Source of the DNA: a virus
Lineage: Duplodnaviria > Caudoviricetes
Length of the DNA: 64,000 nt
Strand: one strand, 5' to 3'
IMG/VR virus record: IMGVR_UViG_3300005365_000003
Coordinates: 1 to 64,000 of that record
In this document: piece after piece, positions 46,403 to 56,626 of the stretch
Layout: each line of letters begins with the position of its first letter
How positions within the stretch are numbered: position 1 is the first letter of the stretch
Made by a program: the position numbers and the translations under genes
Notes under the pieces: generated by a model
Database searches by the model: none
The model's input: only the letters and a program-made list of their open reading frames with translations
Told to the model about the DNA's origin: nothing

Positions 46403-47929
46403 ATGAGCATGACATTGGGTTCATTTGCAAATGGTGCTGGATACGTATACGTAACAGCTCCTGATGGGGTTTCTATAATTTCTAATTTAGAAAACGACCC
46501 TCAAATATGGCAACAGGTTCAGAAGCTTGCTAATTCATCTGCATCTCTTACTGATCCTACATTGGAAAGTGATTCTACGTATGGTTATAGATTTTTTGGC
46601 AATACATCTGGATCTCAAGGAAATCTTACCGGTTCAACAGAAATGACAAGATTTTTTGTAAATCGCGGTGCGCAGACAGCAGCATACAAGAAAGCCGTTA
46701 CTATCGCTACAGGAGTAATAACATTAAACAGAGTATCAAATAATACTCTTTTATATGTTTCTACAGAAGGCGGACTGGCTGATGTTCTCGATACAATAAC
46801 AATGACAGGGGTGGTGGATAATGATACCGTTACGATTGTTGGTGCAAATTCAGGTGCTGGTGGAATTATAACAGTACCAACAGGAACTGGAAATATTTTT
46901 CTGTCCAGTTCAACGTCTTTTGTTTCCGGTGTTAGAGGAATATCATTGGTGTTGAGATATTTTTCAGCAGCTACAGCCGGATGGTACGAAGTATCGAGAA
47001 ATGCTATTTTCCCAACCGTTGCACAGCTGAGGCTTTCAGGAATAGCAGAACCTGTTCAAGGTATAAACACTACTGCTATGGGAACAAGTGGAACTACCAC
47101 TTATGTTCCTGGAACTGATAAGGGTTATCAGGTTATTACGGGATCACCTGTTTTAGTTGGCGCAATTGTGTTTGCAACAGGTGGCACTCCTATGGATGGA
47201 GATTCGTTTATTCTTGATTATAGAGCTACTCCTACTATAGGAGGTAATACAGTAACAGTTTTCGGTATTACACTTACGGCCACTCAATCAGTTCAGAAAT
47301 GTATCGTTAGAACCACCTATAATCTAACCAATACAACATGGTATTCTGTTTTGGAGGTTAATGGCAATGCGATAGATTTTGCTACTACTACACAACTGGC
47401 AACAAAAGAAGACTTGTTAGGAAATCCAGGGGGAGATGGATATATACTTTCTTCTCTCATTTCAGGAACTCGTTCTTGGATCCCTTATCCTGTAGGTGGG
47501 TCTACTTATAAATTCCTTACAACTAGTTTTTCCAAGACTAATGCAACACTCGCTTCTGTAACATCTCTAGCTCAATCAGTGCTTGCTAATAATACATATT
47601 CTTTTGAATATATATTATTCATTAGCGCTGATGTAACGGGCGGATCTCAATATAGCATACAGGGATCTGGACTTACTCCAACACTTATAATATATGAGGT
47701 AGAGCTTATCAGTAATGCAGCTACTGGTAGTTATGCTATTGCTGATAGTGCTGGAGATTTAACTACAGCTGTTGGGCAGGCCGGAACTACAGATGGAATA
47801 TGTAAAATAACCGGAACTATTTCTAGTTCAACTACCGGTACACTTATATTGAAGTTTGCTCAGAATGCAGCAAATGTAAGTAGTAGTATACTACCTGGAA
47901 GTAGAGCTACTTTAACGCAGATAGGATAA
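46403..47929 (+). CDS. Virion structural protein (fibre/spike-like)
   Basis: T/G/S-rich; C-terminal GTLILKFAQNAAN domain. Confidence 0.6.
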   Translation: MSMTLGSFANGAGYVYVTAPDGVSIISNLENDPQIWQQVQKLANSSASLTDPTLESDSTYGYRFFGNTSGSQGNLTGSTEMTRFFVNRGAQTAAYKKAVTIATGVITLNRVSNNTLLYVSTEGGLADVLDTITMTGVVDNDTVTIVGANSGAGGIITVPTGTGNIFLSSSTSFVSGVRGISLVLRYFSAATAGWYEVSRNAIFPTVAQLRLSGIAEPVQGINTTAMGTSGTTTYVPGTDKGYQVITGSPVLVGAIVFATGGTPMDGDSFILDYRATPTIGGNTVTVFGITLTATQSVQKCIVRTTYNLTNTTWYSVLEVNGNAIDFATTTQLATKEDLLGNPGGDGYILSSLISGTRSWIPYPVGGSTYKFLTTSFSKTNATLASVTSLAQSVLANNTYSFEYILFISADVTGGSQYSIQGSGLTPTLIIYEVELISNAATGSYAIADSAGDLTTAVGQAGTTDGICKITGTISSSTTGTLILKFAQNAANVSSSILPGSRATLTQIG

Positions 47930-47931
47930 GC

Positions 47932-48579
47932 ATGAACATAAACGAAGCATATACTTTTCTTAATTTCATTTCCAACAAAAATCAGTCTGGAACGGTTTCC
48001 CCGTCTCAGTTCAATCAGATGGCTACTCAGGCTCAGTGGGAGTATTTCGAGAAAGAATATGTAAAGTGGCAGACTACGCAGGATGTTACGGATGCTTTGA
48101 AAGTGTTTATTAAATCTCTCGCTACTGCCGTATCGGTAACAGGTCGCCTTCCTTATCCATCAGATTACGAACATGTAATATCTACCAGGCATTATTTCGT
48201 AAAGAATGATAACACAGGAATAGAAGTGCCTGTTAGGGAAGTAGATAATGACCAATATGCTGAGTATTTGCAAAGTGAGATTGTTACTCCAACTTTACGT
48301 TTTCCTATTTGGACAGCATACTCAGATTACATGCAATTCAAGCCTAATAGTGTTGGACTGATAACTTTTGATTATTTCAGAAAGCCAAACAATCCTGTGT
48401 GGGGGTTTACGGTAGTCAATAGTAGGCCGGTGTATGATCCGCTTACTAGCGTGGACTGGGATCTTCCAGACCAGTGTCACAACACCCTTATTTTTGAAAT
48501 GTGTAGTTATCTTGGAATTAATTTACGAGAAAACGAGTTGGTGCAATATTCCGAACTTCAAAAAAATGAGCAGAAATAA
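47932..48579 (+). CDS. Head-tail adaptor/ring protein
   Basis: MNINEAYTFLNFISNKNQSGTVSPSQFN..P..W....G..VYDP..SVDWDLP. Confidence 0.65.
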   Translation: MNINEAYTFLNFISNKNQSGTVSPSQFNQMATQAQWEYFEKEYVKWQTTQDVTDALKVFIKSLATAVSVTGRLPYPSDYEHVISTRHYFVKNDNTGIEVPVREVDNDQYAEYLQSEIVTPTLRFPIWTAYSDYMQFKPNSVGLITFDYFRKPNNPVWGFTVVNSRPVYDPLTSVDWDLPDQCHNTLIFEMCSYLGINLRENELVQYSELQKNEQK

Positions 48580-48581
48580 TT

Positions 48582-49202
48582 ATGGCTTCAAAAATTCGTA
48601 TAGCAGAGCAGAGTAGATTATTATTAGGTGGGAAACCTTCTCTCCAAGAGCTTATGTTGTATGCTAATCAGGCATACGCGACAGTAGTGATGGAGAATTG
48701 GTGGGTTAATAAATCTCAGGGAGAAAACGACATTAACGGTAATTTTATTTATGCTTTTGAAGACAATGATATTATTTTAGACGTTCCCAAAAACATTTAT
48801 TACTCAACTCTTCCTTCTTCTTTTTTAGGTAATATTCCACATGAGATGGGAATCCCGCACGTGTCGTATATGGAGAGTTATAATAAACTATTCATACGAT
48901 TAAGCAATGGTATGCCAGCGTTGTTTCAAGGATTACAATCTTCGAACTTTGATGGAAATGATACTTTTTTCGTAGAGAATAATAGAATTTATTTACCTAC
49001 AATAAATACTTCCACCTCATGCACTTCAAAACTTTTAATAAAACTTGTTGTGGCACTTGAGGGCATAGACGATCAGAAGCAAATCTCTATTCCTCCTGAC
49101 ATAGAGGCAAAAATCGTGGCAATGTGTGTAGCGATGTATTCTCAAAAACAAAATGAAACTGTTGTTCAATCTGCTCCAGTAGAAGCTGGCCGAAAACCTT
49201 AA
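48582..49202 (+). CDS. Tail ring/adaptor protein
   Basis: Position and size in adaptor cluster. Confidence 0.55.
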   Translation: MASKIRIAEQSRLLLGGKPSLQELMLYANQAYATVVMENWWVNKSQGENDINGNFIYAFEDNDIILDVPKNIYYSTLPSSFLGNIPHEMGIPHVSYMESYNKLFIRLSNGMPALFQGLQSSNFDGNDTFFVENNRIYLPTINTSTSCTSKLLIKLVVALEGIDDQKQISIPPDIEAKIVAMCVAMYSQKQNETVVQSAPVEAGRKP

Positions 49203-49211
49203 TAATAGCAA

Positions 49212-49997
49212 ATGGTACAACATACACTTTCGTCAGTCGTGCAGGAATGGTTGGTAGAAAAAGGAGAAACGAATATGAATCGTTTTGCTAAAATCTATCA
49301 GTTAAGTGTGGCATGTTTACGCGAAATTAACATGGATTCAACGGGAGTGGCTTCGGTTGCTATCCTGGACGCAAACACTACTGACTCAATAAATTTACCT
49401 CCTGATTTCGTTGGATTTATCCGTATGGCTATTGTTGACTTTAATGGCAATCTTCAGTCGCTCGGTCAAAACGACAACATAGCACTTCCTAGGTGGTATA
49501 ACTCCTGTGGCGATCCTGTTAAACTTGTGCCCACTGCTGGAATAAATGACTTGACTGGAGTTAACGTGCAACCGTTTTTTAATGGACTACAAGGATATGC
49601 TGATAACTTTCGTAATGCAGAGGCAGTAGGAAGAATGTTTGGCGTGGGTGGAGGAAATAATGTTTATGGAACATTTAGGATTGACAGGGCAAAAGGAACT
49701 GTAGTATTTGGGCACTTATTAACCAACATTCATCAAGTAGTTCTTGAATATTTATCTGATATTTCTGTTGTAGATGGGAAATATCTGGTTCATCCATTTA
49801 TGATTTCAACAATAAAAGCTTATATATCATGGATGGATATTAATGATAATGATCGTAAGGGGCTTGGAGAGAAACAGATGAAAGAAAAGCAGTATTACAA
49901 TGCTGAGAGAAAAATGAGAAGTAGGTTTCAAGCGCATACTTTGCAGGATTGGGCTCAAGCATTCCGATTTGCTAATAAAGCGGCAGTGCGTTGGTAA
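49212..49997 (+). CDS. Tail ring/adaptor protein
   Basis: INLPPDFVGFIRMA; LEYLSD; position. Confidence 0.55.
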   Translation: MVQHTLSSVVQEWLVEKGETNMNRFAKIYQLSVACLREINMDSTGVASVAILDANTTDSINLPPDFVGFIRMAIVDFNGNLQSLGQNDNIALPRWYNSCGDPVKLVPTAGINDLTGVNVQPFFNGLQGYADNFRNAEAVGRMFGVGGGNNVYGTFRIDRAKGTVVFGHLLTNIHQVVLEYLSDISVVDGKYLVHPFMISTIKAYISWMDINDNDRKGLGEKQMKEKQYYNAERKMRSRFQAHTLQDWAQAFRFANKAAVRW

Positions 49998-50530
49998 TTT
50001 TTATAATTATGAAAAAAATTATTATTAATTCAAAAACTCACGGAATAAAAAATATTTTAGTTGATGACAATGATTTTGAGATAGTGAATAAATATAAATG
50101 GACTTTAATATGTCAACCGCATTCTTTCTATGTAGTAAGAATGTCATCAAGAAAAGAAGGGAAAAGATATTTTATTCATTTGCATAGGTTTTTGATGGGA
50201 TTAGATAGGAGCGATAAAAGAATTATAGACCACATAAATCATAATGGCTTAGATAATAGGAGATGTAATTTAAGAGTGGCGACTACAGCTCAAAATAATA
50301 AAAACATTAGTCGTCACAAAGATTCATTTTCTAAATATCTTGGAGTTAACTTATATAAAGGTAATTTAAGAAAAGACGGAACTATGCCAGAAAGTAAATG
50401 GAGGGCACAATTATATAGCAATGGAAAAGCTTATCAGGTGTACTGCACATCTGAAATTAATGCCGCTCAAGCCTATAATATTTTGGCTGAAAAACATCAT
50501 GGCGAATTTGCTAATTACAATAAATCTTAA
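49991..50530 (+). CDS. HNH endonuclease with AP2 DNA-binding domain (homing-endonuclease-like)
   Basis: LHRFLMG..IDHINHNGLDNRRCNLRVAT..SKYLGV..WRAQL..AAQAYN..HHGEFA. Confidence 0.9.
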   Translation: MVIFIIMKKIIINSKTHGIKNILVDDNDFEIVNKYKWTLICQPHSFYVVRMSSRKEGKRYFIHLHRFLMGLDRSDKRIIDHINHNGLDNRRCNLRVATTAQNNKNISRHKDSFSKYLGVNLYKGNLRKDGTMPESKWRAQLYSNGKAYQVYCTSEINAAQAYNILAEKHHGEFANYNKS

Positions 50531-50532
50531 TC

Positions 50533-53500
50533 ATGCCGATTGAGAAGAGAAAATTTACTACTGGCCTCGACCAAGATAGCACACAAGAAGATGTTATTGC
50601 TACTAGCTATAGATATGCGCTTAACATACGAAGCATGTCCTCTGATGGTCAAAATGAAGGTGCGATAACTAATACAAAAGGCAACACTCTAACAGCATTC
50701 ACGCTTCCATCTGGAACTAATAAATGTATAGGATCCTATGAAGATAAAGAACGCAGTAAAATCTATTATTTTCTTTTTAATTCGACTGATAATCACTCTA
50801 TTCTTCAGTACGATTCTCCTGCTAACGCGATTACTACGGTTCTTACTAACGCTATCTTGAAGTTCCATATAAATTTTCTAATAACTGGAATAAACGTTGT
50901 AGAGCTTGATGCAGACAATCATTTGCTTTATTGGACAGACAACAACGAAGAGCCAAAGAAAATAAATATTGAGAAGGGGATCCTGCACTCTCAGGGCAAT
51001 TTTATCCAAGGATATGCTACGCCTTTTCTTGCCGACTATATTTATAGGATAAAAGCCCCAGAGCTTCATCCGCCTACATGTGCTTATCAATCCGATCCAA
51101 CCAGGAATATAAATTTATTAGAGGGACATTTGTTTCAATTTGCTACTCAGTATATATATGATGATTTTGAGCGCTCAGCTAAGTCTCCAATATCTATTCC
51201 TCCGCTTCCGGCGGTTGTGTGTGCTACAAATCCTGCTTCAAGTATTAATAACTCTATAGTCATAACATTTGAAACAGGAAGCACTATAGTTACTAAAATC
51301 ATACTTTTGGCCAGAGAAGGAAATACTGGCGATTTCTTTAAGATAGCGACATTAGATAAAGCACTTTTAAATATTGCGAGTAATACTACCAATTCATACA
51401 GTTTCTATAATGATGAGGTTTATAATTTCATTGATATAAATGAAAGTATAAAACTATTTGATAGTGTTCCGCGTAAGTCTAAGGCGCAGGAGATCATTGA
51501 TCCATCACGAATTACTGATGGTAATATTTTAGAGGGATTTGATGGTGTTGATATAAATGCACAATTATCATTAACTATTCTTCCGGATCCATCTCCTACA
51601 TTATATGGATTCAGTGGTAGAATAAATATCGGCAACTTCTTCACTACTATTCCTGATTTTATTGTAGGTCAGCCTATTCATAACATAGATGATGGCAGTG
51701 GTACTGTGTTTGGAGGGTTTGGTAATGCAGATTTTGTAAATACCGTAGGAAGTGGATTTGGTCAGACTATTCCTCTTAATGGATTTGTTGTGTATTTGAC
51801 TGGAACTCCGTATTATGCCATATCAACGCAAAGCCACCCATCTAACGTAACGTATTATGGCAATCCGGCTGATAATGTATATGATAGCAGTAGTGCTGGA
51901 AATAGGACGGCTATACGTAATGCAATTCAGGCGGGACAGGTTTATAGCGATTTTACTTTCAGTGGCATTCCTCCTGGCAAGTACATAATGCGCATTGCTT
52001 CTCATTTAACTACGCAAGCAGATCTTAGCGGAGGTAATTTAGATTGGCAAAAATCAAGCACCAATACGCTTTTAGTTTCTGAATACAACAATCATGAATG
52101 TCTGCTTGAGATCACTTCGTCAGGAGATATTATATACGGATCAACTACAGTCCCTAATGGTGGATATATTGGTAGAACTTTAATAATGGATCTTACTAAT
52201 CCTACTGTAGGGGTTGGATTTATAGATGCATCTGCTATAACCGGATATGTTACAGACAAAGACATAGTCTCTCCTTCCGGAACTGCCGGCTACCTAGCCG
52301 ACACCAGGATAGAGCTTGCTAAGGCAACTTTTGAATCATCTGGAGTAAGTTGGGCTCTGAGCAACAGCTGGAACAATGTTATGGCGGTATCTGGGTTTAA
52401 TCCTGGTATATCGGTTAATATCCCGGTAACGGATTATCCGAATCATCTTACTTACACGGATCATAATGGTTATATTTACTTTACTGCCGGAGCAAGTGGA
52501 TTTCATCTGAAAATAGATGCAGTTATTAGTGGGATATATTCTCTTAATGCTGCTAAATACGATTACGCTAGTCCCCCGTCACCGTTTGTAGATCCACCAT
52601 CTAACGGAATGAGTATGGGCATATTCAGGAGTGATGATGCCAGTGGCAATGTTGAAGCTTATTCGAGAACTATACTTAATGGAAGTGTTCAATATACCGG
52701 AGTAGGAGTTTCTGGTATATCTGTTGTGACAACTCAAGGATCCGCTACCCAAACGCTTGTTAGCGGTCAATACGAATTGCCGGTATATGTAAATACCAGA
52801 ACTGCTCCTGGCGGACTGTCCAGGGAAGGATATGTGACGTATGGGGTATCGGATAATTGCATTGCAACGTTTTCGCCATCTTCTGATTATTACAATATTA
52901 ATATTCTAACCCCATCCTCTCCTCAGACAGTATTTGTTAGCCCATATAACGGAACATATGATTACAATAACAACACCGTACTCCTTGCAACAGTAACTAT
53001 AGTTACAATACTTGGGGCTGGATCATCTGTCTCGTTTAAAAGGGGAAGTGTGTATCAAATAGGAATAGTTTATTACGATCATGGGAATAGAAGCGGGCTT
53101 ACTAATACGAATGATAATGATTTTAACACTCAGAATCCACAGGGATTATTTGGAAATAAACTAACCATTCCATTTTTTACAGAAATAAATCCAGTCACGA
53201 GTCAAATATATGGTGGAGCTCAGCCGTCAATATCATGGAGCGTATACAATCAACCTCCTGTATGGGCAACGCATTATCAGTTTGTCCGAACGCTTAACAG
53301 TGTTCCAAACAGATACCTGCAATTTACAGCTAAAAACATTGAATACACAGATGATGAGCGTACAGTTGTTCCGTACACTCAGGCAACTCTTATTGGAATA
53401 AATATTCAAAATATAGCTAACTACGCTAACTTGCACGGAGATTCAGTTCTTAATTTTGGGACCACTGGTACTACCATAAGCTTTCTTCCTGCAATAGGAG

Positions 53501-55098
53501 ACAGGATAAGATTTATAAAAGATGCTAATGGGATATTCTTTACATCATACGTTGATCTTAAAATAGTCAATGTTGATCTTGCTGGTATAGCGTATGTTAA
53601 TAATGACTTTGCTTTGGGCCAGATAGCTGCCGGATGCCTGTTTGAAATATATACTCCAAAGCTTCAATCTCCTACTCAGATTTATTATGAGATTGGCGAG
53701 TGCTATGATATAGGGAATGCCGGACTGGCAACCAGGTTTCATAAAGGCCAAACAGGAGATCAGAGCACTACGTTTATTGCTAATCCATTTGGACAGTTAG
53801 TATCTACTGTGCCGGCAACGGGAACATTTTCATCCGGCGATACATACTCCAGGATTCGCTCAATACCATTTGGTGTTACAGCTCCACCCGATCCAACTAA
53901 ATTTACCAGCATAAAAGCATGGTATATAGAGGATGCTAATTTCAGTGACTTTTTTTCAAGTAAGGTTCAGAATATTGGCAGGCCAAATAGGGTAGATAGA
54001 ACTTTCAGAGAGGTAAGGAGAAAAAGTACAATATATTATTCTGAGAAATTTGTACCAGAAACACAGCTAAATGGGCTTAGCTCAGTATATGATACATCGT
54101 TTGAGACTTATGAAGCGCAGTATGGCGGGATTCAAAAGCTTTTCAACTACAACCTAAGACTTGATTGTTACCAAGAACTTAAAGTAGGAGCTATTCCTGT
54201 CAATCAAGTTCAGTTTCAGTCTACGGCAGTAAGCGGAAGTGATGTTGTGGGGTCCACCGCAACAGTGCTTAATCCTATACGGTACTACCAAGGAGAGTTT
54301 GGGATAGGCCAAAACCCTGAAAGCTTTGCTTATTATGGAGGGCAGAGGTACTTTTTCGACTTGCAAAGAGGGGCCGTGCTTAGACTTTCTGATAATGGAT
54401 TGTTTCCAATAGATGACTACAAAATGTCAAACTATTTCACTCAGAAGTCAAGAGATATTTTGGCAACCGGAGTTCATCCGAATATTTACGGAACTTATGA
54501 TGTAAGGTTTGGCGAGTATATTCTTGCGTTCGAAACGTTTGATTATTTCATTACTACTCCTACAGGAGAAATATTAGTTCCTTTTCCAGGGGAAACAGTG
54601 GCGTTTAATGAGAAGTATAATAGTTGGGCCACTTTCTACTCTTATTTACCAGAAAACATGTGTACAAATAATGTAGACATAGTTACTTTTAAGAATGGTG
54701 GACTGTATACTCATAACAGCAATTCAACTATGAATAATTTCTATGGAGTTCAATATCCATCAGAAGTATGGGTTATAAGTAATGCTGATCCATCTAAAGA
54801 GAAAGTTATTGCTGCTATAAGTGAGGAGTGCAGGCAGACATGGGAAGCCTATGAAATCAGTACTCCCAATGGACAAATAAGTAATCTTATTGATTCAGAC
54901 TTTGAACTTCGTCAGAACATGAATTATGCTGGAGTATTGAGAGATGTAAATACGCCGAATATTACTAATCCGCTTTTCGAAGGGGATGTGTTGGTGGATA
55001 CAAATTTTCTCATAAAACTAAGAAATGGATTAACAACGTTTGTGAAGTTATATGCTGTTAATATATATTTACAAGCACAGGAAAGGAGCAACAAGTAG
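50533..55098 (+). CDS. Tail stabilisation/nozzle protein (P22 gp10/T7 gp12-like position)
   Basis: 1521 aa; YRYALNIR, LYWTDN..PKKINI, FGIGQNPESFA, WATFYSY. Confidence 0.7.
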   Translation: MPIEKRKFTTGLDQDSTQEDVIATSYRYALNIRSMSSDGQNEGAITNTKGNTLTAFTLPSGTNKCIGSYEDKERSKIYYFLFNSTDNHSILQYDSPANAITTVLTNAILKFHINFLITGINVVELDADNHLLYWTDNNEEPKKINIEKGILHSQGNFIQGYATPFLADYIYRIKAPELHPPTCAYQSDPTRNINLLEGHLFQFATQYIYDDFERSAKSPISIPPLPAVVCATNPASSINNSIVITFETGSTIVTKIILLAREGNTGDFFKIATLDKALLNIASNTTNSYSFYNDEVYNFIDINESIKLFDSVPRKSKAQEIIDPSRITDGNILEGFDGVDINAQLSLTILPDPSPTLYGFSGRINIGNFFTTIPDFIVGQPIHNIDDGSGTVFGGFGNADFVNTVGSGFGQTIPLNGFVVYLTGTPYYAISTQSHPSNVTYYGNPADNVYDSSSAGNRTAIRNAIQAGQVYSDFTFSGIPPGKYIMRIASHLTTQADLSGGNLDWQKSSTNTLLVSEYNNHECLLEITSSGDIIYGSTTVPNGGYIGRTLIMDLTNPTVGVGFIDASAITGYVTDKDIVSPSGTAGYLADTRIELAKATFESSGVSWALSNSWNNVMAVSGFNPGISVNIPVTDYPNHLTYTDHNGYIYFTAGASGFHLKIDAVISGIYSLNAAKYDYASPPSPFVDPPSNGMSMGIFRSDDASGNVEAYSRTILNGSVQYTGVGVSGISVVTTQGSATQTLVSGQYELPVYVNTRTAPGGLSREGYVTYGVSDNCIATFSPSSDYYNINILTPSSPQTVFVSPYNGTYDYNNNTVLLATVTIVTILGAGSSVSFKRGSVYQIGIVYYDHGNRSGLTNTNDNDFNTQNPQGLFGNKLTIPFFTEINPVTSQIYGGAQPSISWSVYNQPPVWATHYQFVRTLNSVPNRYLQFTAKNIEYTDDERTVVPYTQATLIGINIQNIANYANLHGDSVLNFGTTGTTISFLPAIGDRIRFIKDANGIFFTSYVDLKIVNVDLAGIAYVNNDFALGQIAAGCLFEIYTPKLQSPTQIYYEIGECYDIGNAGLATRFHKGQTGDQSTTFIANPFGQLVSTVPATGTFSSGDTYSRIRSIPFGVTAPPDPTKFTSIKAWYIEDANFSDFFSSKVQNIGRPNRVDRTFREVRRKSTIYYSEKFVPETQLNGLSSVYDTSFETYEAQYGGIQKLFNYNLRLDCYQELKVGAIPVNQVQFQSTAVSGSDVVGSTATVLNPIRYYQGEFGIGQNPESFAYYGGQRYFFDLQRGAVLRLSDNGLFPIDDYKMSNYFTQKSRDILATGVHPNIYGTYDVRFGEYILAFETFDYFITTPTGEILVPFPGETVAFNEKYNSWATFYSYLPENMCTNNVDIVTFKNGGLYTHNSNSTMNNFYGVQYPSEVWVISNADPSKEKVIAAISEECRQTWEAYEISTPNGQISNLIDSDFELRQNMNYAGVLRDVNTPNITNPLFEGDVLVDTNFLIKLRNGLTTFVKLYAVNIYLQAQERSNK

Positions 55099-55396
55099 CA
55101 TGACACAACAGTTATTATTATTCATATTGAGCACTGCCGGATTAACTATAATCCTTACAAGGAGTAAGATATTTAAGCCGGTAAGGGAGTATATTACGAT
55201 GCGCAATAAGAATAAATTTATGTCAGTTATGGATTCGATATTATCCTGTTCTCTTTGCTGTGGATTCTGGTGTTCTATGGTTGTGTATTACTTGCAGTTC
55301 AAAAATATTGATATACAGCTAGTTTTATGTACCTTTGCAGGAGCAGTGATGAGTAATTTGATTATTTCAACAATATTGTATTTAGATAGAAAATAA
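55052..55396 (+). CDS. DUF1360-like membrane protein
   Basis: IILTRSKIFKPVRE..ILSCSLCCGFW with TM helices. Confidence 0.6.
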   Translation: MLLIYIYKHRKGATSSMTQQLLLFILSTAGLTIILTRSKIFKPVREYITMRNKNKFMSVMDSILSCSLCCGFWCSMVVYYLQFKNIDIQLVLCTFAGAVMSNLIISTILYLDRK

Positions 55397-55866
55397 TGAA
55401 GGATTACTATTACATACCTGAAACCGAATATATCACAATCCTTAATGAGTGTTTTGATGCTGACAAAGAATTGCTTGATAAATATCATGTATGTGCTCCA
55501 GCCGATCTGAATACTTGCGTCCGCAAGACGTATTATGATTTAAAAACTGCCGAATCATTGAAGTTTTTTGTATTGCATTGTACAGATGATGAATCAGATG
55601 AATTGATAGGGTTTTTTGGAGTAATTAAAGAAGAAAAATACGGAGTTCTGTTTACTTTCTTTGTTAAGCCAAAATATAGGGATCAGAATACGATGGATTT
55701 CTTTTTTTCTAGTATAGAAAAAGAATTGGGAATGGATTATTATTCTGCCATCTATCTTCATAATACCCGCGCTCAAAGATTCCTCGAAAAAAATAATTTC
55801 ACTGTTGTTAATGAGATAGGTGTTGTGGGAGAAAAAAAAGATGCAATAATTTTTAAAAATAATTAA
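55396..55866 (+). CDS. GNAT-fold acetyltransferase-like protein
   Basis: LIGFFG..FFVKPKYR..IYLHNTRAQRFLEKNNF. Confidence 0.65.
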   Translation: MKDYYYIPETEYITILNECFDADKELLDKYHVCAPADLNTCVRKTYYDLKTAESLKFFVLHCTDDESDELIGFFGVIKEEKYGVLFTFFVKPKYRDQNTMDFFFSSIEKELGMDYYSAIYLHNTRAQRFLEKNNFTVVNEIGVVGEKKDAIIFKNN

Positions 55867-55868
55867 CT

Positions 55869-56624
55869 ATGCCTGTTTCGCTTTCTGCAATAAATGCCGG
55901 CATTTCTGGTGCTGTTGGTGTAGCTCAATATATTAAAGGAGCCAAGCTAGCTAAACAAAACAAAAGAGAAGACTATGAAATTCCAGAAGAAGCCAAGCAA
56001 AACCTATCTCAAGCCCAATTAAATGCTTTAGAAGGATTACCTGCTGAGCAAAAGGCTGAATACATACAAAACACTCAGCGTCAACAAAACTTTGGCCTCA
56101 ATGCTTTAGGTGATCGCAAGGCTGGTCTTGCCGGGTTAGCTACTCTTACACAACAAGGCAATGATGCAAATAAGTCATTGTTATCTATGGATGCTGCGGC
56201 AAGGCAACAGAATCAACAAGGGCTCATGGATGCGCGTACTCAGATGGCCGGATTTAAGGATAAGCAATTTGAGCTAAATAAATTACTACCATTCCAAGCG
56301 AATGCTCAGGCTGCGCAGGGGCTGAAAGGAGCAGGACTCCAGAACATAAGCGGCGCTCTTGGGTCTGTTACAAATACCCTTGAGAATAGTGCTATAGCAA
56401 AAGCTTATGGATCTGGTGGTGGATCGACAGATGGATCAGTTCCGCAAATACCCGGATCTACTCAAGCGGTTAGTGGTGATGGTGGCGGATTTGGTCAAGC
56501 TCCGCAACGCACAGATGTTATGAATCAATATCGTGTAGCTAAAATGTCCAATCCAAATCTTTCATTAGCTGACTTTATGAAAACACAACCAAATCAGGGT
56601 GGATTAAATTTGTTTAATAAATAG
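55869..56624 (+). CDS. Internal virion/ejection protein
   Basis: A/G/Q-rich helical protein after the tail genes. Confidence 0.65.
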   Translation: MPVSLSAINAGISGAVGVAQYIKGAKLAKQNKREDYEIPEEAKQNLSQAQLNALEGLPAEQKAEYIQNTQRQQNFGLNALGDRKAGLAGLATLTQQGNDANKSLLSMDAAARQQNQQGLMDARTQMAGFKDKQFELNKLLPFQANAQAAQGLKGAGLQNISGALGSVTNTLENSAIAKAYGSGGGSTDGSVPQIPGSTQAVSGDGGGFGQAPQRTDVMNQYRVAKMSNPNLSLADFMKTQPNQGGLNLFNK

Positions 56625-56626
56625 TA

